DNA of 63,969 bases, filler included, from Folioceros fuciformis (taxonomy: Eukaryota), in the NCBI GenBank assembly GCA_049999805.1. It is 9 parts of 9 records of this genome, joined end to end, with 100 filler letters (N's around TTAATTAATTAA, not from the genome) between each part and the next. Parts side by side here need not be neighbours in the genome. Positions count along the whole stretch, not along the records: positions 23,948 to 30,111 come from JBNGIO010001429.1; positions 30,212 to 32,924 come from JBNGIO010001430.1; positions 33,025 to 34,979 come from JBNGIO010001431.1; positions 35,080 to 56,115 come from JBNGIO010001432.1; 5 more parts are not named here. One strand, given 5' to 3'. Position numbers and translations under genes: made by a program. The first letter of the stretch is position 1. Each line of letters opens with the position of its first letter. The notes under the pieces are model-generated. The model worked only from the letters and a program-made list of their open reading frames with translations, did no database searches and was not told the DNA's origin. Positions 28,096 through 40,135 of this stretch are shown in pieces.

Positions 28096-29798
28096 TTTCA
28101 CCTTTCTTTTAAAGAAGTAGACATTGTAAAGTGTGTGACATTATTCTCACTCAACATCTACGCAAAGATGCCCAAAATCCTTTGCTACATTATGGATATT
28201 ATTAGCTTGATATTGGTGAGCTTGTTAGGGTGATTGTGGAAGCAAGGTAACCTAAGTGGATTGAGGGCTTACACGGAAGTACGAGAGACTAAGGAGAAAA
28301 ATGGTTTGTTGCCTTCCCCACCACCAATCCGCTTGGGCTCGCTCATCAAGAGTAAAGAAATCCCACCTAGCTAGCCATCTCTTGAACAACATCTCACACC
28401 AATTGTTGTATATTAAGACGAGCTTTTTGTTTCATCTAGTTGTCAAAGGCATTTTCTCACTTCTAACAACATGGAATTCCACAGCCACACTAACGACCAT
28501 AACCAACCTAACAAAATTTAGTTTAGGCTAGTGCTCCAGTGGGGCACATTGTCTTGCCCGCAATCCATACAAGCCATGTGTTCTTTGACCTAGATGGCAA
28601 ACAAAATTGCCTTAACCCTGGATAGTCAGTCGTAGGTAGCGATAACAATTGCTACGTAGAGGCAAAAGTGATAGGAAGGGTCGTTCTCATGCTATCAACT
28701 GTTAGAATGCCTTGAATGAAATGTGCAAGTCCTTCTAACGCGGGCTGTAGGAGACGTCTAGTCCAACAATGGGAAAAATTGTTGCTTGCCCGAGGTAGTC
28801 TATAAATGCACACCCATGCTTCACAACATGCTTTTCCTTCGCTCTACTTTAGTGAACTTTGTTTAAGGTAGAGATGGATTTAAAGGCTCTCCAAGACCGG
28901 CATCCTGATTTTATAGGCACCCTCGTCTTCATCGAGGAAACATTGATTAAATTTTGTTTATCCACTTTAGATCTTGTCATGACTTGGAAAGTCGTCGAGT
29001 TTAGAGTTGCGTCCGTTTGAGCTTGTTGTGTGAATAGATCACGTATAAGCCAATAAGCAGTGGAGAATGGGCGTGCGTGGAAGATACAGTCACCATGTTA
29101 AACCCAAGTAAACAACAAGTAAATGAAAAGTTACAATAGAAAGATGGTTTATTGGTGAATAGTTGTTTCAAAAGTTAACTTTACGAACAATTGGTACCGA
29201 TTCATAATGCTCATCTAGGTAGTTGCGAATGGATTGTTGACAACTATATAAGGGTTTGTAAGAGGCAGTTGAGCATTCTTTGGATAGGTCGCAAAGACAA
29301 CTTTGAAAGCTTCAAGACGTTCAATAGGTATTGTCAACAATGACTGAATGCGAAGCTTGTGGCGAATTAAACAATTGAATCAAAACATTTTTGTCACAAA
29401 TTTGCATTAGCACGTTTCGACATGCATAAGAAGATTGCGATGATGTGATGTAAGATGAAGTCAGTAGGGTTTTCACAATGAAACCCTACTACTTATGCCT
29501 ACAAAGCCTATTTATGTAGATCTTTGCTTGCTTTATAATTGATGTCATGTTTTTCTTGGTCTAGGAGGCCGGTTCTCTACCCTTCATCCTTGGAGTGCCC
29601 ATACACTTTGTTTGACGGCGAACATTTCTTTCTCATTGGGTTGGGATTGACCAAAAGAATTCCTCATTTAGGAAGAACAAGTTTCTTTTTGTTGGTTACA
29701 TGGTCGTGTAGGAGAAGTCCCCACATGTGTCTCGGTTTGCTAGTGCTATAATTGAAGTATAATATCAAAGCATTCAACATTAGCCATGCACAACAACC

Positions 29799-30111
29799 AT
29801 GGCACACATGCAACCGAATGCACCATTTATCCGACAAGTGTGGGCTTTCAATCTAAGGCAAGAGCTTGATTTTATTCGGGTTGGAATAATTAACAAGTTT
29901 CGTATCATATCCATCGATACGGAATTCTCGGGAACAGTGGTAGTGCCAATTGGAAGTTGTGATGATTATGAATACTAGAAGGTGAAAGGAAATGTTGATA
30001 GACTCAAATTAATTCAACCAGGGCTTACGCTTGCGGACGAAAACGGTAAACTACCTTATTGCCTAAAAACAGGGCAACCTTGGATATGGCAATTCAATTT
30101 TCAAATTGATC
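29799..30111 (+). pseudogene. CAF1: CAF1/POP2 deadenylase 5' fragment with an in-frame stop, truncated by the spacer
   Basis: IRQVWAFNLRQELDFIR...ISIDTEFSGTVV...[29 protein letters not shown]...WQFNF. Confidence 0.85.
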
Positions 30112-30211
30112 NNNNNNNNNNNNNNNNNNNNNNNNNNNNNNNNNNNNNNNNNNNNTTAATTAATTAANNNNNNNNNNNNNNNNNNNNNNNNNNNNNNNNN
30201 NNNNNNNNNNN
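30112..30211. other. Artificial contig spacer
   Basis: N44-TTAATTAATTAA-N44. Confidence 0.99.
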
Positions 30212-30262
30212 ATTCTCGCCTGAGGAGTAAGGATGGTTTTCTTGTACATACTTGCTTGGCAG

Positions 30263-32713
30263 TGGGTCCACGTCACAAACAACGTCTGGTGGCAGGACTT
30301 CCCGGCCCTTCCAGCTCCAACTTATGAGAATCTCTTTTTCCCTCAAGGAGACTGTGAGGCTGCAGGGGACTTCTCTGCCCAGTTGGCTTCATTCGTTGCA
30401 GCTCTCCTTGTGGATGTTCCCTCCCAAGTTCACTGGGTTATGGTTCTGGCTTCGTATGACTTTTCTAAGGCAGAGACGACCTTGATTGCTTCGGTTCCAG
30501 GCTTGCATGGATGCCCTTATGACATTTTCCCCACACCTGCTGGGGTAGCACTCCCTTTTTTACCTGTCTTTGGGCTTCTAGTTAAGGTGTGGAACTCATG
30601 TGTAATGAACGCTTTCCATTTTGTTGAAATTGCAGGATAGTCGTACTCCGGAAAAGGCCCTTGGCGTTGTGGACACAAAGATTTCGGGAATTTCGTATAG
30701 ATTCCACGCGACCTGTGATCCGAAGGGCGCAAGGTTGCGGGAATTAGCTGCAATCCTTCAGCACCAGAAAATGGAAGAGCCGGGGGTGATTCGTGTTTGC
30801 TTGACGCGGATCAGGAATATAACTTCGGATCCCAGTGCTGTGGGAATATTTATTCCTGCGGAAAATACCGCAAATTCTCTGCTTTTTCTGCTTAAAGGTG
30901 TCAGCAGAGTCAGTTCGTTTGGTTTGCTTTCGATATGCGCTTGTTGAGGTATATTGTACGCATACCGCGTCAGGTATCCCTGTCAGAAGGTGAATGTCTG
31001 TTGTTTTGACTTGCCTTGTTGCAGATGAAAGCGACGAAGCAGTATCAAGTCCTCTGTCACTATTGAATGGCGCTATGCAAGTTGGCTTCTTGCCTAGAGA
31101 TACAGCCAAGTGGGTTGCTCACCTTTGCGACACGGGTGCCTGCATTTTCGCGGCTTGTGTTTCGCCAAAGGATGTACTCGCTGTGGCCTGTGGTCGGAAA
31201 AACTCACATGCTCGAGTTACACTTTATGTGTACAAGGTCAGTGATGCGGAAGTTCCTGGCTGAACTTCGATCAGGAATGGTCTACTGTGGCATCTGTACC
31301 GATGTGCTCGTTGCTCTTGCCAGAGTGCGCAGTTTTCTGAGGTGTTGGAGCACTGTCAGACCTTTGAAACCCAAGCAGCCATATGCTGCTTGCTACAATC
31401 CTTGCAGCGCCCTCTCGGGCTCTGGCGGCTTCAACAGGTGGGCATGTTCCAGATTTCGGATCTGCTTTGAATTTAGTTTAAACAATTGTCAACTTGATGT
31501 GCAAGTTTTGTGATTTGCAGTCCTGTCTGGTGCCTCCAGGTGCTGTCCAAGTTTGAGTGGCCCTGTTCGGGAGAAACTGATTTTGTTTACGGTACCGTCT
31601 GATCCTGGACGCCAATAGTCTGCCAAGAAGGTACAGCTCTGATGTGTGACTGTTTTTAGGTTCATCATCTATCGGAACCTCCGTGGATGTGAAGTTCCTG
31701 GCTGCCTTCGCTGCCGCAGTGGGTCGGAGAGCTGCACCCTTCACAGATTTCAACTCTGCGGATTCAGATCCTGAGGTCTTTCCAAATTTGAGGTTTGTTG
31801 CCTTTCACAATTGTACCTCGCCTTTTGGTAGCAACTAACAGCCGGACAGTTTTGACAGTGGGGATGCTGGACAGTGGAGCATGAGGCGAATGACCCTTCC
31901 ATTGGCATCATTTTTCCTACCATTGAGAGGGCAAAAGGAGCGATGGGTGGAGTTCGCTCTCACTGTGGGCTCCATCACTTTGCACAGGTTCGTTAGGTGC
32001 AGGCTTTTGGATGAAGCAGCTCTGCTCTCTGTCTATCTCACCCTTTGAATTGTTGCTTGTCCGTGAGACAGCCTACGTGGGAGCGTCTTGAGCCAACGGG
32101 CATGCTACACGATGCTGTACCATGTTGCGCTGAGAGGACTGGCTATCCCATGCATGTGAAGGTGAGCTCCAGCTAGGAGAAAACTTGCGGCATGCCAAAA
32201 TGTTGCAACATGTGCGCTGGTGTTCACTCGTGTTCGCAGGTTGCCATGCGCCGGTTTCAAAATCATCCATCGGAACCATCGTACGGTTGGGTGTATTATG
32301 GATCTCACAACTTCAGCCCGGCTGCCTGGGGGAGGCCTCTTTTCCGACCTGTACAAAATCACAAAGCCTCTTCATTTGGAGGTGTTCGAGCCCTCGGCTG
32401 TGCGATTCTCTTGTCCAACTATGAACTAGGGGCCCTCTTCATAGTCCCTCCACCTGGATATGGAAGCGCTTCACGGATTATTGGAGGCTGCACCTTAGTG
32501 CCACTGCTCTGGGATTCTTTGGACAAATTTCCCCTGCCGTTTGTGACACCCGCTCCCAGGTATCGTTCATTAGATAAACCTGCTACAGGTAAGGAGCTCC
32601 AGGATGCAGTCTTGGAATGCCAGGTCACGGAAGGACACAGCGGCGACGTAGCAGTTGAAGCCGTAAACGAGGCGAGTTCCTCTCAGGATGCTGTACCGGG
32701 GGAAAGCGAGTAG
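30263..32713 (+). CDS. 3' half of TDP1-beta-like gene (TDP1 catalytic region + HIRAN), multi-exon
   Basis: TNNVWWQDFP, YDFSKAETTLIASVPG, HIRAN-like NITSDPSAV...QVGFLPRDTAKWVAHLCD, GSSSIG, GYPMHVK|VAMRR, GWVYYGSHNFSPAAWG, NYELGALF, PLPFVTPAPRY. At5g07400-like. Confidence 0.88.
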
Positions 32714-32924
32714 TTTGAGTTGGTAATGTGGGGAGATGGCGACACGGTGGTGGATCTGTCCTGCGTGCAGTTCGTTGGCCTCAATCAAATAAGGTCGCAT
32801 AGGCGAGACGGTTGCCGGGGTTGAACCCCAGGATATTTATGTTTGACGTGCGTTACCTTGTTTTTGTAATATAAGGTGAGATTTTTCTTTTACTGAAAAA
32901 GAGATAGAAAGTTCCATTACAATA

Positions 32925-33024
32925 NNNNNNNNNNNNNNNNNNNNNNNNNNNNNNNNNNNNNNNNNNNNTTAATTAATTAANNNNNNNNNNNNNNNNNNNN
33001 NNNNNNNNNNNNNNNNNNNNNNNN
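32925..33024. other. Artificial contig spacer
   Basis: N44-TTAATTAATTAA-N44. Confidence 0.99.
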
Positions 33025-33240
33025 TTCGGACAACATCAAGCATGGATCATGCGGATTCAGCGGCCCGAATGGTAAGTAGGCCATACCTCATATCTGAATG
33101 TGACATCTTAGGGGCGATAAAGAGTTACAAGCTAGTCGGAAGAGAGGGTTAAGCCCCCATTTTTGGCATTTCCCCATTGCAGGTTGTTCCCCTTGTCACG
33201 GGGTAGATGAAACTTCCATCTATGTTTTTTTTCTATAAAG
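33025..33240 (+). mobile_element. 3' end of a CRE-like non-LTR element
   Basis: Encodes RTTSSMDHADSAARMVSRPYLISECDILGAIKSY, colinear with RTATSAGQAASSTPVVGRPFVVPHQEILGAIGSF. Ends in hairpin TAGATG...CATCTA plus a T-run. Confidence 0.75.
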
Positions 33241-33477
33241 TCTTCATGTTTACTTGCAAAAACCTTAAGGAGGTTCTAGTTTGGGAGCTCTAAGTAGGTC
33301 ATCTTTTTATCTTTTGTCAAGGAAGGTTTAACTACTCGCACATCATTTACATACTTTGAGAGAATTGGACAGGGCAGCCATGGGCATCGAAACAAGGGGG
33401 CTAGGTCCTGCGAAAGCTTTAGCTAATGAATTTATGCTGCGTTGGGTTCCAGTGGTAGTGGCTTCACGCGGTCTTAC

Positions 33478-34893
33478 ATGGCCTCGAACGGCGAGAAGTT
33501 GGCATCGGCCGCTCCGGTAGCGATGGGGAGCGAATGCGGAAGGACCCAAGACCAGAATTGCCGATACTCGCTCGTGCCGCTCTCTGCGCCTATGCTTGTG
33601 CGTGGCAGCGGCCATCCTTGCGAGAAAGTGGACCTGGTGCCAGGCAGGATCTACACCATCGGTAGGTCACGTTCTTGCTGCGACCTTGTGTTCCAGGACA
33701 GCAGAGTGAGCCGCAAGCACTGTCAAGTTGTCGTGGATGCCTGCGGCGCCAAGCTCTTACTCTTGGACGGAGCCGAAGCCGTAGCACAAGCAGCAGCAGG
33801 GGCGGGTGTAGCTGCTGTCCAGGCTCGGAGCTCCCTTAACGGTATTTTTGTGGACGGTCACAAGGTGGCACTCGGAGCCGTCCAAGTTCTGTGCCCTGGT
33901 TCGGTAGTTTCTCTTGTGGCTTGCACCGATGGAAATCAGGTTTTGGATCCCAAATTTGGGCTGGCCATTGGATTCAGTGTTCTTGATGCTACCTCCAAGG
34001 CATCACGCCATCACCACTCCAATGTTGTGTCTTTCCGTCCTAGCAAAAGGAAGAAGGCGGCGCAGGCTGGTGGTGATACCCAGAAACTTGAACGGGAATG
34101 GAGGGCTGGTAGTGATGTCCAGGAACATGAACAGGAATGGAGGGCTGGAGGCGATGCCCAGGACCGTGAACAGGAATGGACGGTTGGTGGTGATGCCAAG
34201 AAGTATGAACTTAGAGAGGCAGGTGGAGACGGACAGACATCTTTGAACAACGAAAGGGTACAGACAAGCAATTTCCTCAATCACACTCCTGGGACTGGCC
34301 CTCAACTTCCTGAGGAGCATGCTGGGGAGCGTCTAGCGAGCAACCGTGGGGACGATAACCTCACGGAACCATTCGCCACTTGCAGCCTTTTATCGAGCAC
34401 CGGACAGGACCGGGCTCACTCCTCAAGCAACGGGAAGGAAACACCGTTGGACAACCGGGCCATCGAATACAAACTTGAACAACTCCGCACGTCCAAAAGG
34501 CCTCACTCAAGTCCTGGACACTCCCATCCGCCGTTGCTGCCAGGTGTTTTCTTCAACACCCTGAAAGGAGCGGGCGGAGCAGGTGGTTGCAGGACTGTAT
34601 CCTTATCGGAGCTTCTTTCTCCGGTGGATGATCTCTTGGCCCTTTTTGCAGCAACGTTCTCTGGGGATATCGAGTGGTGTGTACTACATCTCCATCCACG
34701 TTTGTTCGTGAAGGCTGCTTCAAAGATTTTCATCCGGGTCTCTTCAGGAATTCTGCAGGTTCTTGTCTTCGCACGACATTCCGAAACGTCTGCCAGTCAC
34801 TATTTCATGTTATGATGAAGAACGTTCCTGGAGCATAGCCACCATCGATCGCTTGGCTAACCCTTTTGAGGAATGGCCGAACTTGACTGTTAT
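33478..34893 (+). CDS. 5' half of TDP1-beta-like gene (FHA domain + start of TDP1 domain)
   Basis: FHA motifs YTIGRS...VSRKHC...SLNGIFVDG, then VSLSELLSP...FAATFSGDIEW|FLSSHDIP...LPVTISC...WPNLTV. Confidence 0.88.
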
Positions 34894-34979
34894 GTAAGCT
34901 GACTGATCGTGCGTCCCACTGCCCAGCTTAAATCGAAGTGCATGAGGATCGATTTTGGTACCCAGTTAAGCCTATGGAC

Positions 34980-35079
34980 NNNNNNNNNNNNNNNNNNNNN
35001 NNNNNNNNNNNNNNNNNNNNNNNTTAATTAATTAANNNNNNNNNNNNNNNNNNNNNNNNNNNNNNNNNNNNNNNNNNNN
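34980..35079. other. Artificial contig spacer
   Basis: N44-TTAATTAATTAA-N44. Confidence 0.99.
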
Positions 35080-35296
35080 TGGGCCGGGTTGGGGGAGGAC
35101 CGAGGGGACCGAGGGAGAATGGGAATGAGTTCGGAAGCCAGCGATGGTTCTCGTCAGCGGAAGGGTTGAGGGTGAAGGAAGACAGTGACGAGGAGGAGGG
35201 GGAGGTTGATGTGAGAGAGTCTTTGCGCTTCGATGTGCCTGGGAGAGGGATGTGGCAGAGTGCGAACGCGCAAGCGAAAGCTACGGTTGCTGCCAT
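35080..35296 (-). CDS. Possible 5' end of a gene with a transit-peptide-like N-terminus (truncated)
   Basis: MAATVAFACAFAL...Ser/Pro-rich, open up to the spacer. No domain visible. Confidence 0.35.
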
Positions 35297-35890
35297 CCGG
35301 GGAGCTGGTGTGCAGGCTGACGAAAACTCTGGAGAGGTAGGCCGACAAGCTGGACGTGTATTGAGTTTTGTCGGGTCAGGATGATAGTCCTGGATAGGAT
35401 AACTTTTGCCGATCAACCTGTACAGAAAACACGGCGTGAGGGAATGTGCCTGTTTGTGTGTGTCTGTTTCTACCTGAGGGCTTCGTGAGCGTGCAAGATG
35501 GAACTGTCCGAGATCCTGCCTACATGCCAGAACTTGCATTCCGGTCATCAGAATCCGGACAAGAGGGATAAGGACAGTGAAATTGATAGTCGTCCATATC
35601 AGCATTACAAAGTTCCTCCGAGGAGAGGAGTCTCCAACCTTTACAATAGGGACCCACGATGCATGAACATGGACGCCATGGCGGGGAGGTTGATGGGGCT
35701 GTAAAATTCACTTCGTTGAGACCGTTTCACTAAATAGCGGCTGCGTGGAGAATCATCACAGACTTCCGTGGTCGGCTATGAAAGGGGAGCGTGGATGGTG
35801 CCTTACCGCGGGCTTGGTGAAGATTGATACCACAGGGGCAAAGGAAGCAAACGGTTGTGTAAGATACCAGATTATGCAGTAAGGAGGCTG

Positions 35891-36663
35891 TCAAGATTTG
35901 GTACCGCCGAACAAGCCACCGATACTGAAAGTCTCGCCAGGTTTCACAATGTTGCCTGGACCAAAAGAACCATCTTTACGGGGGTATCCAGCGTACACCG
36001 GACGCTTTGGTCTGGAACCAGGTGGAGCAGCATAATCCACGACAATAATTCTCCCCAGTAAGTTCTGCAACCGATTGAGCATTAGACAACAATGATTGCG
36101 AGTGCACCAGAACCTCTCCCAACGAAATAAAACCCTAATTCAACAACAACAGTGTTGAGAGCAAACCGACCAGAAATACTGACCTGGCCATCCATGGCTT
36201 TCTTCGCGGCCTCTGCCTCGGCTTCGGTGCTGTAAGAAACAAATCCGAATCCCTTCCCCCGCCCAGTTTCATGATCGATGACAATCCTAGCTGGAGAGAG
36301 CGTATTCCATTCGGTTAGGGGAGCCGCCACGACAGCAGAAACCATACCAAAACTGGGGCAAGTGACATCACCGTCAGAAATTTTTCCGTAGGGCGAGAAG
36401 GCCTTTAACAAATGCTCGTCATTGGTGCCGCTCTTGAGGCCTGCCAGACTTCGCAGCGTCATCAGATGGAGCCCTCATCATACAAGATCAGCGCCAGCCT
36501 CCAAAGAACACCAAGTTTCCTCACCTCCGACATACAGTTTCTTCCCGGTGGCCATGCCCCTGAGCCCCAGGTGACGCGCAGGAAGGGAAGCCATTCCCTC
36601 GTGCAGCGGCCATCGAGCTACCGACTGCCTGATCGTAGCTCCTGCCCTCCCGAACAAAGCCAT
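35891..36663 (-). CDS. Organelle-targeted single-RRM RNA-binding protein (GR-RBP/ORRM-like), 4 exons
   Basis: Presequence-like MALFGRAGATIRQSVAR, RNP2 KLYVG|GL, RNP1 KGFGFVSY, MDGQ|NLLGRIIVVDYA. Confidence 0.9.
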
Positions 36664-37055
36664 TGCTGTCGACCCGCAAGCGCTTGCAACAGTCAGTATT
36701 CCTGATTCTGCAGTCTGGGTAACCTGTGAATCGTCGACAGACCCGTGCTTCATTCAGAAGTACGTACTGCTCCAGAATTCCGTCGCAAACTAGGGGTTCA
36801 GAGTTTAACCATAATATGTATGTACATCATGGCCGGACGGGTAAATTCACGCACACCCTATTGGCAAGCATCTTCCATCAGGTTTGCGAGGGTGGCACCA
36901 TAGCATGCAATTCAAAGAGCAGTACGGCAGTGTCAACTAGCAGTTCCAACAGCGTCTTTGAAATGAGATGCAAATGAATAGGTGCAGTTTTCTTCTGCAC
37001 ATGAAGGGGAGGATGTAAACTACAAGAGTGGCCTAGAGTAGGTAACCGAGCGTCA

Positions 37056-39516
37056 TCAGCATAATCCATCAAGATATGCCTGGAGCTCAGAAAGAGTACG
37101 AAGACCAATCATGTCAGCATCCTCCTGCGTGTACTCAGAATGAACCAGTAGCAGGATCTGACCGTGAGCCTCCACGATGTTGGTCTTAATTGGTTTGAAC
37201 AAGATTGCACGCGTAGAGGAGTTGGGGAGGTAGAGCTTCATCTTGGCCACCGCCAGGGGCAATTCATCCTTAAGGGCAGCATCAACTTTCGTTACCAGTT
37301 CTGCAACTTTATCTGGAGTTGCAAATGCTTGCTCCTTGAGGACTCTCGCTTCTCCTACTACCCCCTTCCCATTCGAAGAGGGAGCAACCTTGATTGCAGT
37401 AACTTTTGTGATGAAGGATAGCATAGGCTCCACTGACAACTTTGTCACAGACATGATGAACTGCTCACAAGTGGCCTTCAATGTCTTCTCCAACTCATGT
37501 TTGGCATCTACCTGGTTCTCCAGCACTCGGGGAGAGAATACCCGAGCAAATGCTAATGCCGACCTGCTCGTAAAATCAAACATGGAGGCCTGGCCTCGCA
37601 AAATCTTGCGGAGATGCTCCAACAGGTGAGTAAAATCCAGCTCTTTGTGGGTTGCAGAAAATTCAATCTCAAAAGGGATAATCTGTTCTCGCAGTATGAG
37701 CAAATGCTTAATGAGGAAAAGCTGTCCATCCATGGACAATGCACGCCTTGTGACCAACTTGCTTGCACGCTGTATCGAGGAAGAGCATATATTTACAGCA
37801 TCCTGAGCCAGACCAGTAAATATACCTTGCTCAAGGCATCGGTAAAGCTTGGAGAGGCATGATAAGGTCTTCTCCAAAGGTGGATACCAAGCAGCATAAG
37901 CTTCCCTGCCATCTTCATCCTCGTGCCCAGCTGCAACGGCCAGAGCCATGGCTTGCTCTAGTTTAGCGGGATAGTCGAGATCCTCTGACAGAGGCAGATA
38001 ATTTGCAATTTCATCACGCATATACGTCTGCGCCCTGAAAGTCAACCGTTCTTGCACATCTGCCAGTGTGCGCAAGATTGTTGGTTTCAAGCCTGCAACA
38101 GATTCTCCTCGTCGGCTCAACTGCTCTTCTAGCATCTCGCCTTTTAGAATGTCCACCAGTTCACACAGATGATCCAGATCTGCCTCATGAATGAACTTGG
38201 GCCTCAAGGTGTCATACAGAGCTGTGCACAAGGGCTCAACTAGAGGTGTGAGGTTTGTAACCTCAGAGGACGACGAAGGGAAAAAGTGATCAAATAGCTG
38301 GTGCTCAAGCTGACAAACCTGAATCAGGTATGCACATCCCGATCTGGTCAAGGACGTCAAAGGCTCATTCTTGGCATATTCTCCCAGCCGTTGAAGCACC
38401 ACCCCTTGCACCAAAGCCAGACGCTGTTCACAATAAAGTGTATGACAGTCGGCAAGCACTTGGGCATACTCTTTCCGAGAGCCTCTGCTTTCAATCTCCT
38501 CCATCAGAGGCTTCAAGTCATGAGCTGCAGCTTTAAACCGTACATACAGTACTGACGTCTCCGATCCTTCTGCTATGAATGCCTTCCCACTGGCACCCAT
38601 ACTTTCCCTGATAGCTGCTTGCACCTGAGCTGCTCCAGCTCTCAGCACTGACAGAACATGTGACCTCACCATTCCCAAGGCCCTGGACTGCAGCTGCCTG
38701 AACTTCACAAGGTATGTGCTAGAATCGGCGTACTGAGGATTGTTGCTCACATACGATATGCATTCATCCAGTCGCTTCAGAAGCGGAAGGAAATGCCCGC
38801 TCGCCACGCTCATGGTAGGCGCATAGAACTGTGTAGCAATTGTCTCCAATTCATCGAAGTAGTTCAGCTTAGTTTTCAGGGCCTCAGCAAACTCCACAAG
38901 CCTGTCTTTCTCCATAACCAGCCGTTCACAGGCATCATGCAGAGTCTTGGTCTTAGTAGCCACAGCTTGATGCTGTGCTTGCAGGTCATCGAATAACCCT
39001 AGCGTACTGTCCACATGGCCAAGCAACTCATCACAAGTGTGCAGATGCCCTGTCAATGTGTTCACATACTGTCTGTATTTCTCCTCAGTCTCCGACTTCA
39101 TGGCGGCCTCCAGGTCCGCGTGCCATTTGTAGAATTGGTGACTATTCACCCAAGCAAGCTCGCTCAAATCAAACGTCTGCTGGGAAACGTCCACCACAGC
39201 CGAAGCCTCATGGGGCCCCGATCCCGGGCCCGGCTTGCTGCTCACACTTCCAGCCAATTGCAAATGGGGTGGCACTGGTAACTCCGCACAAACCTGTCCC
39301 AAAACAGCGATCGCTGCCAACTGCCTTTCCGTTAAAGGCGCAGTCTGCCACACAGTACACCACATTCAATGCTCCGGCTTCCACCTCTGACACCATCAAC
39401 TTGCAGCCAAGCAACGATCCAAGCAATACCTGTTCCCAAGCCGACGCGAAAGTGTAACCCTTCGAAACTGCAGCGGATCGGGGGGCAGCCGGAAGCTGCA
39501 CTGAGCTCGCCATCAT
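37056..39516 (-). CDS. COG3: Conserved oligomeric Golgi complex subunit 3 (Sec34); one intron at 39345-39429
   Basis: [84 protein letters not shown]. Confidence 0.95.
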
Positions 39517-40135
39517 CCTCCTCCTTTGGCGTGGTCTGCAGATTCAGTCACGTTGCCTTTAAGTTGCTCCAACCCTATGTTCCCGCTCTCGGCTTTCCAC
39601 CGATCTATGCATTGGCCACTGGCATGGATTGATGCGGTTGATGGTCTACGGCCTTGCCGACTGGGCAATGGAAGCCTTTTCGATTTTCGGGGGAGGACCA
39701 CTTTGATTACCTACCTTCAACTCTGATGTTGACTCAGCTTTCGAGCGGTCTCTGGACGACGGCCGCAGTGGTGGATACCGCTGTGGACTCCACAAATTGG
39801 TTTGTGTACAGACCCTCTGATAGGAGCTCCCGCTCACCTCATCTTTTAAAGAGTTCACCCATGGCAGCATGAAGGTGCAGCAGTGTAAACACTGCAGCAC
39901 TTCCAGTTCCCAGGATGTGGGACGAATTTTCCAGCGACAGTCATTGACAGGAGCCGGGGCACTCAAGGAGACAACTTTGATTCCGACCCTCCCATATGGA
40001 GGAACAACATATGTACGAGGTAAGAAATCCACCTACCCCGAAACCGACCCGAGGCCGAGGGGGCCCAACCCACTAAATGCAGGAGATGATGACTAGGGCT
40101 CCACTTTAACACAAGCAAATTACCTTTGTTATTGT

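Noticed and set aside
28150-29750. Possible decayed DNA-transposon coding sequence
   Set aside because: I could not identify any transposase motif by eye, so it is left unannotated.
29976-29978. CAF1 TAG stop repaired by U-to-C RNA editing
   Set aside because: Plant U-to-C editing is established for organellar transcripts. This is nuclear, and other conserved residues are also mutated.
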